Source of the DNA: an uncultured Nitrososphaerota archaeon
Lineage (GTDB): Archaea; Thermoproteota; Nitrososphaeria; Nitrososphaerales; Nitrosopumilaceae
Direction: 5' to 3'
NCBI GenBank assembly: GCA_963824385.1
Contig: CAWGPD010000001.1
Span: 32,001 to 96,000 of the forward strand
DNA length: 64,000 bases
Shown piece after piece: positions 20,279 to 29,890 of the stretch. Each line of letters starts with the position of its first letter. Within the stretch, counting starts at the first letter, position 1. Both the position numbers and the translations under genes were made by a program. The notes below the pieces were generated by a model. That model saw nothing but the letters and a program-made list of their open reading frames with translations. It was not told where the DNA came from and did no database searches.

Positions 20279-20861
20279 TCAAGTTTGTATTCTTTGCCAA
20301 TCTTTAACTAGTAATTCTAAACGAATTACTTCATCTTTATCCAACTCACAACTATGCGCAATAAGATTTCGAACTTTATTGAATTGAGAAAGTGTTTGTT
20401 GCATTGCCTTTTGGCTTCTAATTTTGTCACAAAATAGTTGCCAATTAGATTCTATCACAAATAAGCTCTCCAAAATTTGTATAAGTTAATTGATCTTCAT
20501 TAGATGGTATTACCAAGGTCGTTTCCTTTTCAGCCTCTTGTAACTTTTTTACATTATCCTTTATTCCTTGTGGAACTCCTTTTTCCCACCAATCAGTTCC
20601 ATATTCTTCTACAAGGGTTTCTTTTATTAATCGTCTTACAGAATTTTCAAAACAAAAATAGATCACATAAAAATCAGCCATCCTTCTGGCACTTTTTCTT
20701 ATATCTGCATCAAATAACTCAGATTCTACATTCTCGTCCTTGGTCACAGTCTGCATATGACCAATATCGATACCTTGTTTTTCTAATTTAGCCAAGTCTG
20801 TTTCCAACATAAGATTTCTCATCCCAAATAATTTTACTTCGTCAGATTTTTTTTCACTCAT
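20279..20861 (-). CDS. Swt1-like HEPN-domain protein (frameshift near 20460)
   Basis: FCFENSVR, DWW, YTNFGEL and HEPN motif RNLIAH. Confidence 0.75.
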
Positions 20862-21465
20862 TCAAGATATGCTCTTTCAAACTTTTGAAGATAGCATTAA
20901 AAACTTCGATATCAGTCGTGGGTGGTAGATTAAGATTAATTGTGTAATTAAGCCCTAATTTCGTAGTGAGTTTTTCTTTTTGCTGATGCTGATACAAATC
21001 AGGCAATTGTTTCGAGGTTTCTTTTACAATAGGGTCGGATTCAAAATCTGCTAAATCACATAATACTTTAAACGTACCTGCAACATTTGGAACAGTTTTA
21101 TCATCATCACCAACCCCAAGTATTGATTTCAATTTTGCCTCAACTTGTTGCTTAGTTAGTCTGTGTGCATAGGCATTAGCGGTAAAGAGAACATTGTAAG
21201 ATTCCTTGATTCTCTTTGATAATACTTGTCTTGAAATAGAATCATCTCTAAAATCTTTATAATGTTCTGTAGGAGTATTTGCAGGATCCAAGAATCCAAG
21301 ATTTTTCAGCAATGGGATCATAGCATTGTAACTTGATGATTTTAAACCAAGCATTGTTGAAATAAAATCACGATTAAATTTAGTTGGAACATTTGCAGTT
21401 TTAATTGCCCCAAAAAGGTTTGCCACTGACTTATATGCATTAACATATGGCGGATAATTTACCAA
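20854..21465 (-). CDS. DUF5343-like protein
   Basis: PPY...IK.A.VP.KF, LK.LGFLD...PT..Y..FR, C-terminal LNYTINLNLP.TTDIEVFNAIFKSL; recognised from memory. Confidence 0.65.
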   Translation of the reverse strand: MVNYPPYVNAYKSVANLFGAIKTANVPTKFNRDFISTMLGLKSSSYNAMIPLLKNLGFLDPANTPTEHYKDFRDDSISRQVLSKRIKESYNVLFTANAYAHRLTKQQVEAKLKSILGVGDDDKTVPNVAGTFKVLCDLADFESDPIVKETSKQLPDLYQHQQKEKLTTKLGLNYTINLNLPPTTDIEVFNAIFKSLKEHILNE

Positions 21466-21834
21466 CGTTGTTACTATATTTTTACTACGATAAATAGATC
21501 ATGGTAATTATACAATAATTCTTTCATTTTCCATATCAAAATGAATTACCATGTTTAGATCTAAGTATCTCATTTATTTCATAATTTTTGTAATTTTGAA
21601 CTTTCAAAATCAAACAGTACTTTATATTCCATAAAATATGATTTACTAATCAAATCAAAAATCTTCATAGGATCCTTCTTGAGGTGAACACTAGTAAAAC
21701 GATATACTTGATGCCTGAAATTATCTAGTTTAGATTGCATTTCTCTAATTTTAAGGATTTTAAGTCGCTATTGTTTGAAAATAACCAAATTCATACAAGG
21801 ATTATTATTTAATACCATATTTCCAAACCCCTAG

Positions 21835-22492
21835 ATGTATAGCGGAGAGCGTGAAGTCCAGTCAAAGAGAAAAGCCCTTGCTGTCCTACAAGACGAGATA
21901 AACAGAATTCTTAATGCTGTAAGAGACCTCTCAATTCTGCCTGGCTTGATCATCAAGGCAGACAAGTCTGAGATAAAACAGACACTTGAGCGAATAAAAA
22001 ATACCGAAGATGAAGTTGAAGCCCTCCGTAGAAAAATCACTAGAGATATTCAGACATTGGAGGGCTTATGATGCATAGGGAGAATATTTTAAACTCGGCA
22101 TATACCATGGATGAGATTGCAGGATACATCACAGGCATTGCATTTAGGCTCTCAAACATCAAGGCTGCAACACTCAAAAAAGAAAATCTTGACAAGAGCA
22201 TTACAGAACTAGTAGAACTAGCAGTAGACCAGATTCAAAAAATTAATGAAATAATCAGGGCTCTAGCAAACAACAACAGTATAGTGGCAATTGACTTGGC
22301 ACATGAAGCACAAAAAATAGAGAGACAGGTAGACAACAAGTACAGGGCATTAAGCATTAGAATACTTGATGAAATTAGCACGCCAAAAGAGGGCTGTTGC
22401 TTCTTAAAGACATAGTAGAGGGAATAGAAGAAATGTCAGACAAAGTTCTCCAGGTTTCAGACTCGTTTATTTTGCTTGCCCTAAGCCTATAA
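21835..22492 (+). CDS. DUF47/PhoU-like phosphate transport regulator (two frameshifts)
   Basis: MYSGE.EVQ start, helical E..VE.LRR and IER.VD.KYR repeats; continues in other frames to 22492. Confidence 0.7.
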
Positions 22493-22556
22493 AATATTAA
22501 AAAACATTTATTCCGTATACTATTAGACTCCACCAGATTTTTTTCTAGCCTGCTCT

Positions 22557-23228
22557 CTACATCAGATTAAATGCTTTCAACACTGAATCTACTGATGCCT
22601 GTATCACATTGTATGAAAGTTCTCCCAAAGTCGGATTTTCAGACATGCTACCTGCATACGGATCACATGTAGGTGTATTTGGAAGATGTCCAACACCGCT
22701 AAAGTATTTTTGTTGATGTGCTTGCAGTTCACAGTTGATGTTAGTCATTGGAACTAGGGGACCTGCATCATTTGGCGCTACTGCCAATTCGACTTTGTAT
22801 GTAAAGATTATTCCAGTGTGCTTGTAGACTGTAAATTTTGTTGTCTTGTCTGTGAATCTGTAATTGTTGTTAATTCCCCTGTCTATTTTTATGATATGTG
22901 CACAGTTGTAGTTCTTTGATAGCTGGTCTTTTACACTGATTGTTGTAAAACTGATTCCATGATACTGTACTTCGTTTTGTATTGTTGGTAGTATTTGTGG
23001 ATCCATGTGACTGTCCATCGGAGTAAAGATGCAAAGGTTAGACTGCGGTATTGTTGTTACTGTCTTGACTCCCCACCCAGCATATGTACTAGTTGATGGA
23101 GGGTTTGCAAATACGGATACGGTTGTGGTTGTTGGAATGAACGTGCTTACATTTAATGCAAATACTGGACTCATTCCAAGTGCTACGATGCAGATTAGTG
23201 CTAGTGAAGCGATTTCTCTTATTTTCAT
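22557..23228 (-). CDS. Secreted hypothetical protein
   Basis: Signal peptide ending VFA; no family recognised. Confidence 0.6.
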   Translation of the reverse strand: MKIREIASLALICIVALGMSPVFALNVSTFIPTTTTVSVFANPPSTSTYAGWGVKTVTTIPQSNLCIFTPMDSHMDPQILPTIQNEVQYHGISFTTISVKDQLSKNYNCAHIIKIDRGINNNYRFTDKTTKFTVYKHTGIIFTYKVELAVAPNDAGPLVPMTNINCELQAHQQKYFSGVGHLPNTPTCDPYAGSMSENPTLGELSYNVIQASVDSVLKAFNLM

Positions 23229-23345
23229 ATTACCCGTCCCATGTGATTGAATTCTACAACCATTGTAATAATATGGTAATTAACCTGTATATAACTAGTA
23301 ATAATGAACAAAACCAAGGGTACTAGATAGTTACAAGATAACTAC

Positions 23346-23600
23346 TTGACTGATATACCATACATGACAGGATATGTACTTGCAAGCAATTACCGAAAGA
23401 AAGTGTTGTTAGCATTAAAAGAAAAGGCATTAACGCCTAACGTTATTTCTGAGAAAACTGGCATTTATCCAACACATGTTAGTACAACTTTGACACAATT
23501 ATCCAAGATGAGTATCGTAGTTTGTCTAACTCCTAAGCTAAAGAAAGGAAAGTTATATGATCTTACAAAAGAAGGTAGAGGAATATTGAATTTTATCTAA
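23346..23600 (+). CDS. Winged-helix transcription regulator
   Basis: S.YR.KVL..L...TP..I...THVS.TL..L...G.LY.LT..G. Confidence 0.75.
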   Translation: MTDIPYMTGYVLASNYRKKVLLALKEKALTPNVISEKTGIYPTHVSTTLTQLSKMSIVVCLTPKLKKGKLYDLTKEGRGILNFI

Positions 23601-23733
23601 CATCACAAATGAAGACATAGTCTTTAGACATTCATTAAAAATTATCACATGCATACACGAGATTCTTGAAGTAGAATTTAATTTCTCGATATTCAAACCC
23701 ATCTTGTTCTAGCAACTGTTTGAGATTTTGGGT

Positions 23734-23871
23734 ATGACAACTATAACCTACAAGTTCCAAATCACTATACCAAAGAAGGTAAGAGAGAAACACAGTCTTC
23801 AGGAAGGAGACTCGATCATGTTCTTAGAGGAAGATGGTAAAATCTATCTTACAAAAAGTACAGATGTTTGA
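23734..23871 (+). CDS. AbrB/MazE-family DNA-binding protein
   Basis: Manual translation MTTITYKFQITIPKKVREKHSLQEGDSIMFLEEDGKIYLTKSTDV*. Confidence 0.8.
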   Translation: MTTITYKFQITIPKKVREKHSLQEGDSIMFLEEDGKIYLTKSTDV

Positions 23872-23877
23872 TCATTC

Positions 23878-24183
23878 TCATGATTTTTTCTTCAAGTAAT
23901 CCTCAAGAAATCCCAAAAATGCACTACCATCTTTGACTCCTTTCTCATAAGATACCTTTTCCATGTTGTAAAGATGTTTCAAAAAGTCCAAGTCTGCTTT
24001 TGAAAACCATTCCACCATCTCCATAAAATACTGGATTGCCTTCTCATCACTGTTGGTGCGTTTATCATCTAAAGTAGAATCTATGTTTGGCGTTTTAGTC
24101 ACTACCAAATCACCTAAATCCTCCACTAGCAAACCGCTCTCCACCAAGATCGTGTCGTAGATACTGTTCCGTATGATTTCCAA
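23878..24183 (-). CDS. Hypothetical protein (start uncertain)
   Basis: ORF track; the C-terminal part looks coding. Confidence 0.4.
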   Translation of the reverse strand: MEIIRNSIYDTILVESGLLVEDLGDLVVTKTPNIDSTLDDKRTNSDEKAIQYFMEMVEWFSKADLDFLKHLYNMEKVSYEKGVKDGSAFLGFLEDYLKKKS

Positions 24184-24358
24184 AATCTACTGTAACAATA
24201 AAGAACCCCTTACTTGGAACACCGTCTTTGAAAATAACTAAATCATTTTCCCAAGTATAACCAAGTACTGTTCCTTTTCTTCCATCTCTTGTTTTTACAG
24301 AATCTCCTTCCCAATATACAACTGGAAATCCTGCGATGGATGGAAAATGTTGCTTCAC
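24110..24358 (-). CDS. Hypothetical protein (SH3-like beta barrel?)
   Basis: GDSVKT.DG.KG.V pattern. Confidence 0.45.
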   Translation of the reverse strand: MKQHFPSIAGFPVVYWEGDSVKTRDGRKGTVLGYTWENDLVIFKDGVPSKGFFIVTVDFGNHTEQYLRHDLGGERFASGGFR

Positions 24359-24478
24359 GTATTATAGCATGTTTAGTATAACTTAAAATCATCTATTATA
24401 AAGTTTAGTGATAATTAATATTTGAATTCAAATGGTAATACACATTTTCAATATGTATTAGAACGTATTTTTGATATA

Positions 24479-26087
24479 TTATCCCAAACTGCCCCCAGCC
24501 CACCTAGAGCCCTTACTTACAAGCCATGCCAAGTATGCATATCCTGCAGCGTGCAATGCATCGTCATTGGTTTCCTCTGGATGAGTATACTTAACATAGC
24601 TTTTACCAGAAGATTCCGCCGTTTCAGATTCTATGCATGTAAAATGTTCAATCATCCAGTCCATATTATTGGGATTTTTATATGGAATATGGATTCGTGG
24701 AATGCCGTCAGGGTAGTTTGCGTTATCTTCAGGGCGTTTTATTAGATCTATTATGGTCTCAATTACCCAGGTTCTATCTACATTAATTTTATGATCTGAA
24801 TTAATTATTTCATATGGAACTTCAGAATTATACCTGTAATGGCACTTGTAAATTCTAGGTCCATATTTTTTTGAAAGCTTCTCAACCTGTCTTGTACCAC
24901 CACCAGAGTCCATCACAATTTGATCAACTTCAAACTTGTCAATTAATTCAGAAACCATATCAGTCTTGGGTTTCAGTAGAACTTTCTGTAATCTTTGTTA
25001 CATACAATAACTTGAATCTTGGGACATCTTTGTTGACCAGCTGCCAAATCCAGCCTACAGTGAACGCTTGAGTACCACCACCCCAGTCTACTCCCATAAA
25101 TACTAGAAGATCATGATCAACTAATTCATGTGGAGTGAAATCAAGATTTCTGTCAAATAATGTACGAATCTCTTTTTCAAGTAATGGTTTGACATTTCCG
25201 CCATACCACAAACCCTCAACCTCATTTGCAAATCCTCGTGGCGGATAGGTTTTTCGTTTGGATTCTATATCTTCTTGTAATCTGTCTGGCGCCATCTCCT
25301 GAGAAAGATGATACGAACTTATTTTTGAGAGGGGGTTTTTTGCAATCCAAGTTTTTGTTTTTAAATCATATTCTTTTTGATCTCCCGTATGCCACAACTT
25401 CCACCAGCCATCGCCTGTTATGCTTCCAGTACCAACGTGCACACATTTCCCAAATTTTGATTTTGCAAGTGCCTCTTCTAGTACAGGTATAGATTCTACA
25501 TTTGTTGACTGGATTTCATCGACAACTGCAAAATCTGCAGGAATAGACCTAGCGGCTTCAAAGTCTTGCTGGGCAGAGTACATGAACAAGTGTGAACCAT
25601 TTTTAAAAGACAGCCATGAAACGTTGCCCTTCTTGTGCACTAGTCCTTGAAGTATCGGTGATTCACCAATGGCACGACTACGTACTCTCATTTTTGAAAA
25701 CACGGAAACGTGGCTTTTACGGTCTGAGAGGTATATTCCTACAGTATTTGGATTTTTTTCCAGATTAAAAAGCAACCAGTTTATGGTAAATTCTGTAATT
25801 TCCATTTGTCTTGGTTTTACAATCATAATTTTCTTGTTTTGATCAGAATAGATTTGCTTCAGATATTCTCGTCCCTCAAAAGAAAATTTTTTGCCCTGAA
25901 TTTTTCTAACTGTTGTTGTCCAGTCTATGAGATTGTCAGGAGTATTTGGAAGTGTTACGGGCATCACAAATTTTTTCTCGAATATTTTTTTTATTCTAGC
26001 AATTTCCCTTCTTGCAAGTAGATTATGCGCCGCCTTCCACCTAAGCTGCGACATGGTCAGTCCCCATCTTTTGCTTGAAGAGATCAT
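24479..26087 (-). CDS. Viral terminase large subunit (ATPase plus RNase H-like nuclease), frameshift near 24963
   Basis: KPRQMEITE Walker A-like, AVVDEIQ Walker B, GVDWGGG, MDSGG and DDALHA nuclease motifs. Confidence 0.8.
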
Positions 26088-26520
26088 CGGTTTCTGTTTG
26101 TACTATAGTATCAGTAGTTGGCGTGCATTCAAGATTATTCTTCTCAAGATATAGTTTTAAGATAAGTTCCTTTGTCTTACGATATTCTGAATATAGCCAC
26201 CTTTTTTTATGAATTGGCCCTGATGATTTTATTGCTACATCTAGTTCGGCGCTTCGTTTTTTCATTTCAAGTATTTCATTGTCTAATTCTAAAATTGTTC
26301 TACCATTTGATAGTCTGCAGTTTTTAAAAAACTCAGGTCCCTGTACAGAAATGTATTTCTCATGCCAAATTCTAAAGTATCGCCTGACCGTTTTTACGTT
26401 TATTCCTGTCTCATATGCAACTCTATCAGGCTTGTACCTTTGCTCAAAATATGGCCAGAGTTGTCTTTCGATCTCACTCTGTTCAGCCAATGTTGGCCTT
26501 CCGTTTCTTTTTTCAGACAT
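26041..26520 (-). CDS. HTH protein, possible terminase small subunit
   Basis: GRPT N-terminus, VAYETGINVKTVRRYF HTH, coiled coil; overlaps the terminase start. Confidence 0.6.
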   Translation of the reverse strand: MSEKRNGRPTLAEQSEIERQLWPYFEQRYKPDRVAYETGINVKTVRRYFRIWHEKYISVQGPEFFKNCRLSNGRTILELDNEILEMKKRSAELDVAIKSSGPIHKKRWLYSEYRKTKELILKLYLEKNNLECTPTTDTIVQTETDDLFKQKMGTDHVAA

Positions 26521-26859
26521 ATCTCCACTCGAATCGCGATATTTGGATTCTGCTCACGGCGTTTTTGAAAGGTACTGAGATAAATGTATTAAAACTTTTT
26601 TAGGTCATTTTTTTCCAAAAAACTACTTTTATTAAAATTGACATATTCAACTTGTCATACAAATCAGTCAGCTTCTAATCGATAGTAATATCTCAGATGA
26701 CAAGCCAAGAAAAATTGGCCCTACCAGTTAAAACCAGTTTTCTGGACAAACAAAGTATGTCAATTATATAATAATGAAATCATATCATCTATCAAATCAT
26801 TGCATCATATCTGAAAACTACCCATTAGATTAAATCCCAATTCCAGTTTACCATATTGC

Positions 26860-27369
26860 ATGATATCTGACATACTAAACGAGCCAGTCTCCAAGTTTAC
26901 AAATAAAAAAATGACTACAATATCAAGCAATCTTACCATTCAAGACGCAGCAAAGGCAATGGCAGAATCTAAAGTAGACAGCATCCTAGTCTTTGAAAAT
27001 GGAAAAATAATAGGAATGGTTACAGAAAAGGATATTTTACAAGATATTGTAGCAAAGGGACTAGACCCCTCAAGTACAATACTCAAACAAATAGCAAAGA
27101 GCCCATTAATTACAATAAACAAAACCGCTCCAGTAAAAGAGGCCCTAGAAATAATGAAAAAGCATGATATCAGAAGGCTGGTAGTAATGGACAAGCGCCC
27201 AATTGGACTAGTAACCCAGAAAATGGTCTGCGGAAACCTCACTGACAGAGATATAGTACTGCCAGAACTTGAGATGCCAGACAAAACAACATGTCCATAC
27301 TGTACACTACATTTCAAAGACAACTCTAGTCTTTGCAGTCATATAGACAGAATCCACATCAAAATATAA
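26860..27369 (+). CDS. CBS-pair protein with C-terminal C2H2 zinc finger
   Basis: GMVTEKD, GLVTQK; CPYC...LCSHIDRIH. Confidence 0.85.
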   Translation: MISDILNEPVSKFTNKKMTTISSNLTIQDAAKAMAESKVDSILVFENGKIIGMVTEKDILQDIVAKGLDPSSTILKQIAKSPLITINKTAPVKEALEIMKKHDIRRLVVMDKRPIGLVTQKMVCGNLTDRDIVLPELEMPDKTTCPYCTLHFKDNSSLCSHIDRIHIKI

Positions 27370-27429
27370 CCACAAAAGAAACTTTTGCATAATTTTATAA
27401 CAATCATAGAACAGTACGCATGATTATAC

Positions 27430-28011
27430 ATGGCAGTAAAAAGACAGCCCCACCCTACAAAGCATGAGCAGACTAGAAGCATAAGCTATCGTTTACCAGA
27501 GCACATTATCGAAGAATTAGAAACAGAGGCCCAGCAAAAGGAGATATCTCAAAATGTTCTGGTAAAACAAATTTTAGAAAAATATGTTGGTTGGGAGAGG
27601 TTTGCAAAAAATATTGGCATGGTTCCAGTTCCCAAGGAAATTCTCGTTGTATTAGGTGAAAAAATGGATGGAGAGGTAATGAATGAGATAATACATACAA
27701 TGACTCCAATGATCAAAGACTGGGTCATGTTCATGAAAGGCGGCTATGATCTAAAACGAGTAATAGAATCACTTGAGGATTACATGAGAGCGTCTGGAAT
27801 GACATCAGACCATAGAATCGAGGGAGGCATTCATCATTTTATCATACAGCACAGTCTTGGAATACGCTGGTCGCTATTTACAGAACTTTTTTTGAAGCAA
27901 ATATTTCACGAATTTCTGCCAAATCTTGCCATGAAATCTCGCACTACGCCAAATACAGTCATAGCAAGTATTGCTCTAGGTTCTGACTTTAACGAACACA
28001 ACCATAGTTGA
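27430..28011 (+). CDS. Thaumarchaeal RHH-like regulator / conserved hypothetical protein
   Basis: SISYRL...ELE.EA...IS.N.LV.QIL.KYV.W; IQHSLG.RWS. Confidence 0.7.
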   Translation: MAVKRQPHPTKHEQTRSISYRLPEHIIEELETEAQQKEISQNVLVKQILEKYVGWERFAKNIGMVPVPKEILVVLGEKMDGEVMNEIIHTMTPMIKDWVMFMKGGYDLKRVIESLEDYMRASGMTSDHRIEGGIHHFIIQHSLGIRWSLFTELFLKQIFHEFLPNLAMKSRTTPNTVIASIALGSDFNEHNHS

Positions 28012-28249
28012 TATAATTATCACATCATGTTGTAAGATGAACGTCTAAAAGTCTTTTATTTCTTTGCCAAGATCTTCGAAAAGCTGTTCATACTCGTTCA
28101 TGAATGCTTTTACAAATTGTGATTCGTCTCGAGTCATAGTGATTTGGTATTTTTTCTTGCATATAAAATTAATTTGCAAATTTCTTCAATATCTTTCATG
28201 TTATGTGATTAATAGATATTACAACCAGATGGAATGTAATTATAATTCA

Positions 28250-28325
28250 AAGGTTATACTAAAAAATCATTAAAATCTAAAATGTTCCACAAGGATTTCA
28301 TTTTGTTTCTGATACGAAACATTTC
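28250..28325 (+). repeat. Direct repeat copy 1 (about 76 bp)
   Basis: AAGGTTATACTAAAAAATCATTAAAATCT...CCACAAGGATTTCATTT...GAAACATTTC; matches 28949-29025. Confidence 0.8.
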
Positions 28326-28359
28326 CCTAAATTTTACTCATAATTTTTTTGTATGAAAA

Positions 28360-28632
28360 TTAGTCCTTTTTTTTATACACATCACGTCTATGTGATACAT
28401 CGTAAACATTTGCAGTACCTAATTCACGGAAAAAAAGAATCCTGTAATCTCCAACGCGAATCCTGTAATGATTATCATATCCCTTTAGTTTCTTCATGTC
28501 AAGCCTAACCATAGGCCATGTAGTCTCAAGCTCCTTCAACGCTTCTCTGATTCTATTTTTCAGATCCGTGTGAAATCCATCAATTTTATTAGAAATTTCT
28601 TTTTTGACTAAAACCTTGATTGGTACGTCTAG
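28360..28632 (-). CDS. RelE/ParE-family toxin (no canonical start codon visible)
   Basis: Manual translation ...DMKKLKGYDNHYRIRVGDYRILF...VSHRRDVYKKKD*. Confidence 0.8.
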   Translation of the reverse strand, partial: LDVPIKVLVKKEISNKIDGFHTDLKNRIREALKELETTWPMVRLDMKKLKGYDNHYRIRVGDYRILFFRELGTANVYDVSHRRDVYKKKD

Positions 28633-28881
28633 TTATCTTAATGAATCCAAGGATACAAACTTCATACCGCCTTTTTTCTTCTTGGATTCAAAATTCTTTA
28701 TTGCCTTAATTTCATATGCATCAGGATTGTCTTCTAGTATCACACTTTTCTCTATCATTTTATGTAATTTGATAATCTGCACGCGCAAAAGTTTCATCTC
28801 TTTATCAGTGGTTTGCTTGTAACTTTTAACTTCCTTTATAATTTTTTTAATATCATGATGTGATACTGTTTTGGTTTCCAT
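28633..28881 (-). CDS. Putative antitoxin (archaeal RelB-like)
   Basis: Small ORF directly upstream of RelE; E..P...EIKAI...KFVSLD C-terminus. Confidence 0.7.
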   Translation of the reverse strand: METKTVSHHDIKKIIKEVKSYKQTTDKEMKLLRVQIIKLHKMIEKSVILEDNPDAYEIKAIKNFESKKKKGGMKFVSLDSLR

Positions 28882-28948
28882 AGAATATTTGTTATACTAT
28901 TGATTGACTAAAAAGGATTCTTATTTATAAAAATCCATTCTTAAACCC

Positions 28949-29025
28949 AAGGTTGTACTAAAAAATTATTAAAATCTGAAAATGCTCCACAAGGATTTCA
29001 TTTCGTGCCTGTTATGAAATATTTC
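28949..29025 (+). repeat. Direct repeat copy 2 (about 77 bp)
   Basis: AAGGTTGTACTAAAAAATTATTAAAATCT...CCACAAGGATTTCATTT...GAAATATTTC. Confidence 0.8.
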
Positions 29026-29034
29026 ACAAAAAAT

Positions 29035-29796
29035 CTAGCTTACAGTTACAGTTCCAATTCGCCATGGGTGAATTGTACAATAGTAATGATACACTCCCGG
29101 ATTGTCAAACTTGTAAGAAAATGTATCTCCAGTATTTAGTAGGCCGCTGTTAAACATTGGAATTATATTTCCGTTTGAATCTATACTTTGGATATCATGT
29201 TGTATAGTATCTTGATTTTGCCATGTAACAGTTGTTCCAGGAATTATCTCCAAGTTAAGTGGCAAATAGAACCCAGTACCTGCAGTTACAGAGTTTCCGT
29301 TTGGAATCAGGATTTTAGCATTGTTTGATACACTAACAGTTGGAATGGGATCACTTCCAACTAAAAGATAATTTAGAAAATATTTCTGGGCATTGTCTTG
29401 CATGTTGGCTGTTACCTTCCACATGGAATCACCTCCTGTTGCATAGAGTCTTGTTCCATCAAGAGAGACAGTAAATGTATCCTGGGAGACAGTTTGCGCA
29501 GTGCCCTGGCCATGAAATGAACCGTCGTTGTTGTATGTAAAATTCCACGAGTCGCCAGTAAATCTGGCTACAAAAATTCCATTACTTCCCTCCACTAGAA
29601 TTGCACCATTTCCTATAGTTGTTGGATTGACAAGAGAGAGTCGCATGCTTGAAGTATACAAAGCTGGATTATCGCCATTAATCATTGCAGCCCCACTGCC
29701 TTTCATGGAATAAGTAGAATCTGCAAAAGCAAAACTAGATGAGACTGCCACTAGACCTAATATGATTCCCAAAACTAGGGCTCTCATTTCTAACAT
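29035..29796 (-). CDS. Secreted blue-copper (cupredoxin) protein
   Basis: Signal peptide; C-terminal TVTW.N.D...H...YYCTIHPW (axial Met replaced by Arg). Confidence 0.85.
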   Translation of the reverse strand: MLEMRALVLGIILGLVAVSSSFAFADSTYSMKGSGAAMINGDNPALYTSSMRLSLVNPTTIGNGAILVEGSNGIFVARFTGDSWNFTYNNDGSFHGQGTAQTVSQDTFTVSLDGTRLYATGGDSMWKVTANMQDNAQKYFLNYLLVGSDPIPTVSVSNNAKILIPNGNSVTAGTGFYLPLNLEIIPGTTVTWQNQDTIQHDIQSIDSNGNIIPMFNSGLLNTGDTFSYKFDNPGVYHYYCTIHPWRIGTVTVS

Positions 29797-29831
29797 ATAG
29801 TACTAAATACACTATATAATTAACATATACA

Positions 29832-29847
29832 TTATCAGACATGATAA
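29832..29847. promoter_or_regulatory. Palindrome TTATCA-N4-TGATAA
   Basis: Centred between the divergent cupredoxin and cyclase TATA boxes. Confidence 0.55.
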
Positions 29848-29890
29848 CCATTTCCAGCTATAATACACAATTCTAAAAAAGAACAGGCAG

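Noticed and set aside
22500..29030. Complete provirus
   Set aside because: No recognisable integrase, portal, capsid, tail or att-flanked tRNA; only the terminase pair looks viral.
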